Both the position numbers and the translations under genes were made by a program. The notes under the pieces were generated by a model. That model was not told the origin of the DNA. It searched no databases and worked only from the letters and a program-made list of their open reading frames with translations. DNA of 63,552 nt, the filler included, from Reclinomonas americana ATCC 50394 (lineage: Eukaryota): NCBI GenBank assembly GCA_048213135.1. It is 14 parts of 14 records of this genome, joined end to end, with 100 filler letters (N's around TTAATTAATTAA, not from the genome) between each part and the next. Parts side by side here need not be neighbours in the genome. Positions count along the whole stretch, not along the records: positions 43,916 to 45,976 come from AFZH01020916.1; positions 46,077 to 51,225 come from AFZH01020917.1; positions 51,326 to 62,150 come from AFZH01020918.1; 11 more parts are not named here. The stretch is one strand, 5' to 3'. Shown piece after piece: positions 44,183 through 55,309 of the stretch (position 1 is its first letter; each line of letters starts with the position of its first letter).

Positions 44183-46290
44183 ATGGTACGTGTGTCACAG
44201 CAGGCGGCCATCAAACACGTGCTCGTGCTGCAGAAAGAAAGATACGTCTTGATGTCCCGCATGACATTGATCTGTCACGCACAGCACAACGAGAACAAGC
44301 CGACAGTGTGTGAGACGTGTGTGCAACAAGGTACATCAACCTGAGGAGCGAGAAAAGAAACAAAGTGCTGGAGCGAGAAGATGTCGGTGAGTTGTATTGA
44401 TGGAGTGGGGGACGCTTGCTGTTCGCTTGCTTCTCTCTCTTCTCTCTCTTCTCTTGACACTCACTTTCCCTGTTGTGTCACAGTTCTCTGTGAACGAGAG
44501 TGCGGCGCATGATTCATCGCTGGCGGTGTGTGGTGGAGGGCATGACGGCCGTGTCCACTCTCGCGGACTTGGTGCGCGAGGCCACACGCTTGCTGCGTGA
44601 GACGAGTGGAGATGCGGGGATGGAGATTGTAGGGGTGGAGAGGCCTGCTCCATATGATGTGGCAGTCGTGGGTGGTGTGCCGCCTGCTGGACTCGGCATC
44701 AACTCATCTCCACTACACTCATCTCGTCCTCCGTCTGGCGTGGCGCTGCAGTCTAGTGGGCGGGGGGGGGGGGGGAGGTGGGAGTGAGGGCGGAAGGTGT
44801 GTGCTTGGGATGTGTTGGATCACCTCTTTGCGCCAAACTTGTTGCTCACTCTCATGCCAACGCACAGCAATTCGGAGCGAATGACTCGGTTTGTTTGCTT
44901 GTCTTCATCATCCTCCTCTCTCCCTTTCCTTGTTCTTCCACGCGAGGCGAGTCTGTGCTGACTATGTGTGTGTGTGTACTCACAGCATGATCAGCTTCCA
45001 TCGCATCAACATGGCCTTTGAGGTGGTGGAGGAGGCCGTGCGACTGCGCTGTCAACGCTCAATGGCCCAGTTCAGTCGCGACCATTCCGACTTTGATGTG
45101 CGGGCGTGGGTGCCGATTCACGCCTGCTGGCATGGACGCGGCGGCAGTGAAGGCGTGGCGTGAGCGACGTGCTCCACTCCGCCCCTCTCGAGTCAAGTTG
45201 TTTGAGGAGAAGCAGCCTGTGTTGTTGGCCTGGCGTGCTGCATTCGACGCCGACTCCTCATCCGACCCTCCGTGTGAAGGTTTCGACACGACAGCACTAA
45301 CCTCCATCATGCTGTTTGGTGGCTTCGTTCTGGATGACGGTCGCAAGCTGCTGTTGATTGACGATGCTGATGAGCGGAAGGCTGGTGCACAAGGACCTCG
45401 TGCTGACGGATGTCACTGTACAGCAGTACCTTGGCGGCGGTGGTGTCTTGCTCTCCGTCCTCGCTCGGATGCAGTTGACGGCCGACGAGTGTGCTCGACT
45501 CTCTGCTCGTATCCGTGAGGCTTGTCACGTACAGCACATTGTCAGCACTTTCGATGAGCGACTGCACCGACTGGCTGTACGTGAGCTCTCATTCTACCAA
45601 CACGACGAGAGTGTGCGCAAGGACATGCAGATGTATGTGCCACTGTTGTGCTGCACGTAATCGTGACGTCTCGTCGAGTGACAAGATGATGGATCTGTTG
45701 TCGGAAGTGGATGCTTTCCTCTCCTACACCAACACCACGCTGCATGTGGTAGTGCTGTTTGGCAACAGTGCAGCCGTGGAGTCAGCGGCGGCGTGCGCGA
45801 GGGTTGCGCAAGGCGGTGTTGGTGGGCGCGTTGGCGGTGGCGTCGCCGCGGTTGACGCACACGAATGTGTTGTTAGTGGGAGTTGAGTTGTGGCGGGAAG
45901 GGGGAAGGGAGGTAAAAGGGGAAGGGTGAAGAGAGAGAAAGAGACATGAAAAGAGAGAGAGAGAGAGAGAGAGAAGNNNNNNNNNNNNNNNNNNNNNNNN
46001 NNNNNNNNNNNNNNNNNNNNTTAATTAATTAANNNNNNNNNNNNNNNNNNNNNNNNNNNNNNNNNNNNNNNNNNNNTGGATGACGGTGATTGTGGAGAGC
46101 ACGAACCTGGTATGCAATGATTGTCAACAATCAGAGTGCGCTGAGTCTGTGTGCGTGTGTGTGTGAGAGAGAAAGAGTGTGTGTGCAAAGAGTGGATGCA
46201 TGACAGGGGAGAGGAAGACGGGCTCTGGGTGAGACGGTGATTGCGGAGAGGAACACGGCACATTGGTGATTGTCATGTTGTCGGTGCCCC

Positions 46291-46325
<35 letters not shown>

Positions 46326-47664
46326 CCTCGTTTCCACTCCTCCTCACTTCCTCCTTGCGTCACTGCTCCTCCTTGCGTCACTGCTCCTTCTTGCGTCGCT
46401 GCTCCTCCTTGCGTCGCTCCTCCTCCCCGCATCGCTCCGCTCCTCTCCCTTCTCCTCTCATCCGCCCCCTCACGTCCCTTCTCTCCAACGCAGCCCTCCG
46501 GCGGCGGCAAGTCCTGCCTGATCAACAACCTAGTGCGCGCTCTGCTTGGTGACGCGAGCGGCGTATGCGACGAGTTCCAGTTTGGCAACGACGGTGCGGC
46601 GACTCCTTTCCTTGCCTCCATTGTTTCATCGCCGCTCACCCACCTCTGTGCAGGCACATTGGAATTATCTCGTTCCTCGGCTCGCAATACCGCTTCAAGC
46701 TGTGGGACTCGAGGTGCGCTGACTCGTGTCTGATGCTTGTGCTCTCCCAATACTCATCCATTGTTGTTCGTTGCAGAGGGTATCGTGAAACTGCGTCTTC
46801 ATCGTGGCGCCTTTGTCGCATCTCACTTCTTCCTCTCCTCTTCGCATATCGCCCTCTCCTCTTCCCATATCTGCCGCCGTCCCCTTCCCCTCCCCTTCCC
46901 TCCCCTTCCCTCCCCTTCCCCTCCTCCCTTCCCCTCCCCTTCCCCTCCCCCTTCCCCTCCCCCTTCCCCTCCTCCTTCCCCTTCCCCTTCCCCTCCCCTC
47001 CCCCTTCCCCTCCCCTTCTCCCAGGGCCGTCGCACCGGAAATGTTCGTCAGTCTGGTGGAGCGGCGCGTGGCCGACGGTCACGTGGTGCCGCAGTACCCG
47101 CAGGAGCTGATTGACGCGAGCGGACTGGCCGCGCCACCCAGTGTGCCCGAGGAGCAGATGCACGCTTGCATCTTTGTGCACAGTGCCCGTGATCCGCGCG
47201 ATTTGCTTCCGTACGCCGACTCGATGCGATGCATTCGCCGCTTTGGTGAGCGCGCGAAGCGAAGAGGCATCTTCTCTTTTCTCTCTCATCTCTCTCCCTC
47301 TATTCCCCAAACCGCAGGCGTGCCAATTTTCACCGTCTGCACGCACGCGCGCTCGCTCAACCAGGCGCAGCGTGTCGCCTTGCAGACGCGCATGGCCCCG
47401 ATCTCCTTCTCCGCCGATGAGGCCACGTGCTTTTACGACCTGCTGCCGCGCGAGAAGCTGGAGGAGCAGTCGGAAGAGGCGTCGGTTGCGCTGCTGCACA
47501 TGTTGCTGGCCGTGCTGCAGCAGTCGGAGAAGTTTCGTGTGTTGGAGAGGAAAGTAAGGACTGGGTCGGTCATGGCTGACTGGTTTTCATTATGCCGCAG
47601 GTACATGAAGTACTTGGTGCAGCGCGGACTGCTGGAGGGGCAGCTGAGACCGATCGGGGAGTGA
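44183..47664 (+). CDS. Protein with C-terminal IFI44-like P-loop GTPase domain (core 46263-47664); N-terminal exons uncertain
   Basis: LVIVMLS|PSGGGKSCLINNL; FKLWDSRG; LVERRVADGH; EQMHACIFVHSA; GVPIFTVCTHA; LLHMLLAVLQQSEKF. One-base frame discontinuity near 46672. Confidence 0.62.
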
Positions 47665-47789
47665 AGCGAACGTAAACTCGCAGGTTTGATCAGGCACCGT
47701 CGAACAGGACGCAGCGGTGGTGACTGGTGCTAGAAGATCTGAAGCACTCGCAGTGCACTGAGGTGGCATCGGCTGTTGGTACGATGGAC

Positions 47790-48135
47790 CGACATGTATT
47801 GACCAGCATCACGTATCTGTTCTTCTCAGTGAGAGGCAAGCCCACCAAATCAAGCCTTCCGATGGTAAAACATCCTCACTCGCAACACAATGGGGTGGCA
47901 TCTGCTGCTGGCATGATGGACAGGAAGAGCTCTCGTTTCTGCACTCATCTGTTCTTCTCAGTGAGAAGCAAGCCCACCGATGGTAAAACATCCTCACTCG
48001 CAGCAATGAGGTGGCAATTGCTGTGACAGGATGATGGAAATGCACATCTGCACACGTGTATTGACCAGCATCATTTATCTGTTCTTCTCAGCGAGAAGCA
48101 AGCCCACCACCGATGGTAATCCATCCTCACTTCCA
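47790..48135. repeat. About 130-bp tandem repeat, three diverged copies, between convergent genes
   Basis: TCTGTTCTTCTCAG(T/C)GAGA(G/A)GCAAGCCCACC...CGATGGTAA...CATCCTCACT near 47816, 47949, 48078. Confidence 0.88.
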
Positions 48136-48408
48136 CGCTCAGTCTCATGCTAACGCTGCACACGGCACTTCGGATATCCAGACTATTGGAATATCGCGGT
48201 TTCATAAAGTGAAAATGCAATCGGAGTCTTTACATTCTCCTCTCGTTTCTCACTTTCTTTCCTGTTGAGAGAGCTGTTTGATACTCTCCGTAGCGTCGCA
48301 TTGCGCAAAGGCGGTCGACATCCCCAGCCTGTGTTCCAGGGCGACGATTGCGGGATCAGTGGCGGTGCCTGTTTCCAATCCCAGGCGGTCTGCGTTCGTG
48401 CACGCGCA

Positions 48409-50365
48409 TTACCATGCCGAGGTGTTGTCCAGCACGCGATCCACCCGCAACACGTGGCGATGGCGATTGACGACGGCCTTGGAGGTGAGCAGCGTGCTCC
48501 GCCGTTGCTCGGCATCAAACTGGCGCATCGTTGTGGCGAATTCGCGAAGTGGGCCATCCGACGTGGGCAACACTGCCGGTTTGCCAGTGGATGCTGATAG
48601 CCATTGGTCGACCAGCTGGCGCACGGTGGCGACTGCGAAAGCGACGTGAGAAGGCAGAGAGACAAGCACGAGGATTCGCGATGAGGCAAACCTTGCACGC
48701 GGAGCCAATCATCGTCCACAACGGCGCTAAGCGGAAAGGACGTGGCGACCGTGCGACAGCTGGACTGCAGCGCCGAGAGCACGTCAGCAGGCAAATTCAC
48801 CGGATCAGGGTCGGAGATGCCGGTTGCCAGAGTCTGGTACATGTGGGTAAAGGCGACTTCGAGGACGGCGAGGCACTGAGGAGGGAGGGAGGGGAAAGAT
48901 GAGATAAGAGAGCAAAGAGGTGGATGACTGATCAGCGAGAAGGGAAATGAGGCGCAGAAGTGAGACACAGGGGGCGGCATGTGCTGAAGACAATGAGAAG
49001 AGGAGACATGGAAATGCTCAGTGGGGAGCAAGAGAAAGAGGAGTGACACGCGCTATAACTGTCAAGTGCAACTCAAAAGGAGGGAGAAGAATTCAAAACA
49101 TGCACCCCGGCAAGTGAAATCGCACTTTGTCGACTGACAAGCAACGATGCGACTGGCGGCGAAAGTACATGACAGAGTGAGCGAGAGACTGGCGACAGGT
49201 GAGCGACGCAATAAAACCAAAAGGACTGAAAGCAGTCTTGAAGCGCAGGACACGGCGTTGCTTGCTTGTGTGGTGCCCCTGTTACATCACGTCTCTGACT
49301 ACTCGGACGGAGTGCAGTGCGCGTCAGATATGAAGCACCACAACAGCCTGAGCGCAAACAGAAGACGTGAAACCAATTCGCTGTAAAAGTCCCGTGAACA
49401 TGGAAACAAAATTTGTAAAGAACAATCCGAAGTGAACAAGTGAACTTGGAGCACACTGCCTTGCCCTCTTAGCAATCTCCCGCCACGCAACTGCCAACAG
49501 CAATACCTCGCCGACAAGAATGGACGACGGCCGACCCGAGAGAAACCACGGAACCATCGTGGTCACCACAAACACGAGGGATGTGGCGCGACCAATGCTG
49601 GCGGCTGTGTCAAGTGTCAGACATGAGTAATTCATGCATTCTGTGTCGGTGTACCAAACCGTCAGGAAGCGCGCACAAGATGTGCAAGTGCCACGCCAGA
49701 CGCCGACGATGATCGCCACAGAGGTACTCGGCCGGCAACTCGCGCGGCCACTCCCACGACACCGGCGAACGACGTCGATTGAAGCAAGCAACAAAAAGGG
49801 GACTGCGAGAAACCTGTGAGGACGATTCCCGCAAGCAGGAAAGCAATTCTGCGCACCGAATGGAATTCCAGCAGTCGAGGCAGGTGAGCCATCGCACTCC
49901 GGCATCGACTTCCTGCACTTGTCGAGACACGCGGCGTGCGGGTTGTCGTGCTGGAGGTCGCACACCGTCCTTGCCGCCTCCTCCACGACCAGACACGGCA
50001 GTCGGCCTGGCGGGTGGAGGCACACACAGCTGCACCCAGAAGCTGCCGTCTCATTGTGAGCAACCAGCAAGGTTCTCCCGACACCAATGGGGAGGGCGCA
50101 TACCGAGTCGCTTCGAGATCCATGTGTCGCAAGCTCTGCGCGGCCTGCACGTGCGCCGACTGCGCTTTGCGGTATTGCGTGCAAGCGGTGGTCATCAGCA
50201 GGTGGGCGAGCCATGAGGAGGTTGCGGGGAGGGTGGGTGATTGGAGCGGTCGACGGCAGAGGAGGGCGGTCAGCAGGTAGCGCGCGAGACGGCTGAGCGC
50301 GACGGTGTGGGAGTGGTGCACGGCGGATTGGAGGCGGTGGAGGGTGGTGGAGAAGTTCACGCACA
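48409..50365 (-). CDS. Hypothetical spliced protein (partial model)
   Basis: Exon-like segments bounded by pyrimidine-rich acceptors: CLAVLEVAFTHMYQTL...DDDWLRVQ|VATVRQLVDQW...LDNTSAW*. Upstream exon frames unresolved; no family recognised. Confidence 0.4.
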
Positions 50366-50404
50366 CTGGATGGAGAGAAGGGTGGAATAAAGGAAAGAGA
50401 AAGC

Positions 50405-50790
50405 GAAAAGGGGAGAAGAGTGGAAGTGAGCAGTGGGAAAATATGAAGATGATAAGGGACGAGGAGCGAGAGCAGCGAGAGAACAAAGGGAGACAGCGAT
50501 AAACAGGCACATCGACTAGGGAGAAGAGCGGAGGTGAGCTGTGGGAAATATAAAGATGATAAGGGACGAGGAGAGAGAGTAACAAGAGAACAAAGAAAGA
50601 CAGCGATAAACATGCTTATCGAAAAGGGAGAAGAGTGGAGGTGAGCTATGGGAAAATATGAAGATGATAAGGGACGAGGAGCGAGAGTAACAAGAGAACA
50701 AAGGGAGACAGCGATAAACAGGCTCATCGAAAAGGGAGAAGAGTGGAGTAGAGCAGTGGGAAAAGATGAAGATGATGAAGATCGGGAGAG
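50405..50790. repeat. About 108-bp tandem repeat, three to four copies, probably intronic
   Basis: GGGAGAAGAG(T/C)GGA...GGGAAAATATGAAGATGATAAGGGACGAGGAG...GAGAACAAAG..AGACAGCGATAAACA near 50411, 50519, 50626, 50734. Confidence 0.88.
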
Positions 50791-51186
50791 TGAGAGAAGC
50801 AAAGAGTAAAGAGATAGAAAGAGACGTCGATAGGGAGACGAGGAGGCGAGCTGTTGGAAGCCTTGAAGATGATGGTGGACGAGGAGAGAGAGAGAACAGG
50901 CAGAGAGTGAAAGAGACAGAAAGGAACAGGTTCATTGAAAGGGGGTGGAAAATGCAAGGGAGTGAGAAAGGCATGAAGATGAAGAAGGTCGGGGGAGTGA
51001 GAGCAAAGGCAAAGTACAAAAGAGAGATAGGGATCAACAAACACATCGCGAGAAACGAAAAACAGAGAGAGGACAAGGGAGAAGCGCGGACGTGAGAAGT
51101 GGGAATCACATAAAGATGAGGAGGGGGTTGAAGGAGTGAAAAAAGCAAGACAACGAGGAGCCATGATGCGGCACTGAAACCTAAGA

Positions 51187-51225
<39 letters not shown>

Positions 51226-51325
51226 NNNNNNNNNNNNNNNNNNNNNNNNNNNNNNNNNNNNNNNNNNNNTTAATTAATTAANNNNNNNNNNNNNNNNNNN
51301 NNNNNNNNNNNNNNNNNNNNNNNNN

Positions 51326-51387
<62 letters not shown>

Positions 51388-51826
51388 GTGCATCTCTGCA
51401 TCTCATTGCCTCACCATCACTTGCCTTTCTCTCTCTCTCTCTCACCCTCTCAACCTCACAGTCTCTCTCTCTCTCTCTCCCTCTCTCTCTCCCTCTCCCT
51501 CTCTCTCTTCCCCCTCCCCGCACCTGCTCATCCTCACACCCTCCAATGCTCGGCGACGAATCCAACACCGACGTGTTGCTCCAATACGACACCGACAAGT
51601 GCTTCAGCAGCACGCGCACGAGAATGGAGAGTGGCCACAAGAAAATCAATGCACACACTGCACTTTGTGTGTGAGAAATAATGACACCAAAAGCGCGCGC
51701 TGTCTTCACCTGCGACAATCAACGTCACGCCACACACTCCTCCACACTCGTCGAGCATGCGCACAACGAAGAAACGCGTGTAGTGACAGACTTGACTTTC
51801 TGTCGATCGGTTCCAGCAATATCGTT

Positions 51827-54822
51827 TTACTTATTTCTGCGAGTGCGTGACGCAGATGTGATACTTTTGCCACGGGTAACAGCACTAACAGGTACTCTCC
51901 ACGATGTCAGCGACAAGCCCACAAAGATTGCCACAAACGGAACCACCTCGTACTCGGGATGCAACTTCCGCAGGTTCGTCGCATATCGCTGCACCTGCTT
52001 ATCGGCGGCAGCTACTGTGGCTGCAAGTGTCGTTGTGACCATAGCTTGCGCTTTCTGGTTGAAGTAGCTGTACGACAGAGATGGCAGGGGTTTCCTGCCA
52101 TTGTCGGTCGTGAAATTCTCGTTCGTCTGCACAGACGACAATTCGTTAGCGAACATCCAACTCTCACCGCGAAGAAACAGGAGATGCGCACCGGAAGCAC
52201 AGCCTCGAGAGCGGACTGAGCCTCATCAGTACGATGTGCCTTGGCCTCCATGTTTGTCGACTGGCTGGTTGGAGGACTGCGAAGATTCAAGTGGATCGTG
52301 TTTAGTGGAATGCACTTGAACTCGAGCACCAGGATGCGCTTCGGACACTCCATGAAAAGCGCCATGTCGCAGATTGCTGACATTGGCTCATGCTACACTC
52401 AAAGAGTAAGTGTAATCGCAAGTCTCACAGTTCGCAGCATCGTTGCTCACCTCTAAGCTGATATTTATCTCACACTCAGTCTTGGCCGGAACTTTGGCGG
52501 CCATGAGCTGCACGTCAAAGGCGTCCCTGACGTTTACCTCGCGCATTTGCTCTGGATTGCACAACATGCGTCGGCGCAAATAGCGTTCACAGACGTCGCT
52601 CAAGGGAACAATGTTGAGATCACTGCTTTGTGTTGAGCATACACCGAGTGAAAGGAGGACGTAGAGCGGCAATTGAAGAAGAACCTGAGGAGCGAATTGC
52701 AGGCAGTTGGATCGGTACGCTGCACGAGGCGCTGGAGAATGCGATCGCGCGTGCTCTCATTCGGTACAATCAGCGCTGTGCGAGGAGTCAGTGAGGGTGC
52801 GACAAGTCGGAAGACAAGAGATGACAACACAACAATTTCCATCCGGCGCGATCGTATAGCCGCCGAGGTACTGGCAGAACTGCGCAAATGCGGGCGCATC
52901 GGCACTGGCAATGTCATCACGGCGAAAGGCTGCCATGTCACGCGGCAGTGGGATCTTGGAACCACGCAGCATGCCAAGCAGCGACGGCAGGTGAGGCGAC
53001 TCCACCATCATCTGCAGTGCCGGGCTGCTCAGCTCGGCCTGCTGGAATACAGTGGTCGGCGTTGCTTGACCCAGCTCTATCAACTGTGGGACCTGATGAG
53101 AGGTGTCCGACAAGTGCGAGGAATGAGAACAAAAAAACCACCCGCAGGTACGACATGACTTGGTCGGTGCAGTACATGGGAACGGCATCCGCGGACGGGA
53201 AGAACCGAAAGCCCTCGTAATGCTGCCGGATGACGGTACGGTGGAATGTCTTCTCGCTGACAGACAACGAGCGAGTGCCGTTGAACTGCAGTTGGTCCAA
53301 CAGCAAATCAACCTCGGCGCCCGTCAGACCGCACACGGATTGCGTTTGCTGGAAGAATGTCCAATCCTGACCGATGTTGAAGCCGCTCGTCATGTCGTTC
53401 ATGAACAGTGGGAGCACACTACGCACGCGTACGGGGGAAATCAGTGCCATCAGTGTACGTGATGGGGATCATGACAGGAGCTCACCCAGTGATGAGCATG
53501 AAGCCAATGGCGTCGGCCTGTACAGCACTCTTGATGGTGGCGAACAGACCCTTCACGCCACTGTCGCTCAGCAGAATATGGTACTTGCGCTCGGCGTCGT
53601 CGTTCAGTACTGGTACAAAGGGGCGATCGGATTCGTCGACGAGGATGACGAGCTGCGAGGTGGCGTGTGTGTGTGAGTGTGTAAGTGAGTAAGTAAGTGA
53701 GTGAGTGAGTGAGTGAGTGTGAGTGTGAGTGTGTGTGTGTGCGTTTGCGTGTGTGCATGTGTTGGCGATTGAAAATGAAAGAGCAAGCTGGTCATGATCA
53801 CACCTTCCTGCCGAGACCCCGCACGGTTCTCACAATGGCCTGAAGCACAGCAGAAGGCTTGCCGAATCTGGCAATGCCAGACGCCTTGAACTCGGGATAG
53901 CTGTCCAAGAAAGGCGTGACGCAGAACTGCAAAAAGAATTCCTCAAAGGTGACGCGTGATGACTGTGGTTCCGAGAGTGAGAATTCCAGCGCCGTCATGT
54001 CCATCCTCAGCACGTAGTGCTGGCACGGTAGCTGGTTGCGGTGTACCTCGTGGATGCGATCCACAATATGTAATCCCTGCGGCGAGAAACAGACAACCAC
54101 AAGCAACGACAAACGCAAACACAAAAGTGGAGGGGAGGGAGAGAGAGAGAGCGTGAGGGAGAGCGACGCTTCTTGAAGAAGGGCGACCAAGTGAAACATA
54201 CCAGGAAAAGGCGCTCGAACTTACTCTCTCCCTGTGAGGCCTTTCTGCTGAGCAGCCGCGTGTGCAGTGCCGACACGGCGCGCTCGCGGATGGCCCGCAC
54301 TTCCGTGTGTGAGCGATCAGCCATGGCCTCACGTTCAGCGGAAGACAGCGCATTGTTGATGTCGTGATAGTTGGCGAGAGTGTCGACCAGCATGCTCTTG
54401 CCGAAGCGGCGAGGGCGCACAAAAAGAATAGGCGACACTCTCTCAGGAGCAAGCCAGGGGAGAAGTTGCACGGTCTTGTCGACATAACAGAACGACTCGC
54501 TCGTGCGGATGCCGACGAAACTGTCACCAGTGGGTGGTGGAATCAAGTGCCCTGCGAGAAGAGGAAGGATGACGTGCGTGAGAGGTGCGTAAAGGATCAG
54601 TCGCTCTCGCTTTCTCTCTCTCACAGCACACGAGCAAGAGTGTGCGAAGAGAGAGAGAGAAAAATTGCGTGTCAGGTCTGGATCCGGATACTCTGACCAC
54701 ACAGTAATTATAATACACTGCATATTAGCTGTTCACGCACCTCCAACGTTAACGACGGAGGCAGTGGCGGTGGCATAAGTGCGGAGAGATGCGTGGGTGG
54801 TGATTACCCACAAGCGCATCAT
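51827..54822 (-). CDS. AAA-ATPase-like domain plus PD-(D/E)XK nuclease (PDDEXK_9/DUF1703 type), intron-containing, with candidate mitochondrial presequence
   Basis: YVDKT...FVRPRRFGKSMLVDTL; LVILVDESDRPF; MLITG|VLPLFMNDMTSGFNI; CGLTGAEV; HYEGFRF; LIVPNE; CDMAL...ILVLEFK; ADKQVQRY. Exon 1 (54822-54741) reads MMRLWVITTHASLRTYATATAS. Confidence 0.85.
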
Positions 54823-54902
54823 CTTTGGAGATCAATCTACAAAACAGAAGGTGAGATGTCCTGCGGAAACAGCACACGACGTCCCGGAGTCTTTGCGTGT
54901 GG

Positions 54903-55180
54903 ACACCGATCTAGGGTTGAGGGTGGAGAGAGACATTGATTACACGCACACACCGATCAAGAGTCGAGGGTTGGGAGACACTGATTACACGCACACACCG
55001 ATCAAGGGTCGAGGTTGGAGGAGTGACATTGATTACACGCACACATCGATCAAGGGTTGAGGGCGGAGAGAGATACTGATTGCACGCACCGATCAAGGGT
55101 TGGGGGTGGAGGAGAGACACTGATCACACTCACATATAGAATAAAGGGTTGAGGGTGGAGAGGGACACTGATCACATGCA
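54903..55180. repeat. Second array (about 6 copies) of the 46-bp minisatellite family
   Basis: CACACCGATCAAGGGTTGAGGGTGGAGAGAGACACTGATTACACG units, same orientation as 41086-41540. Confidence 0.9.
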
Positions 55181-55309
55181 CCGTTTCTGAAGAAAAGGAC
55201 AATGACCGTGCACCAGAATGTACAGTGTCCGCGACGACAGCGGTGGTTCTGACGTGTTGCAATCATTCAGCACCTACTCGGATCCAATGCTCTTGCACAG
55301 TACACTGAA

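Noticed and set aside
46655..46712. Programmed frameshift or pseudogene in the IFI44-like gene
   Set aside because: One extra T in CGTTCC restores GTLELSR-FLGSQYRFKLWDSRG; a homopolymer sequencing error is the simpler explanation, though reads should confirm.
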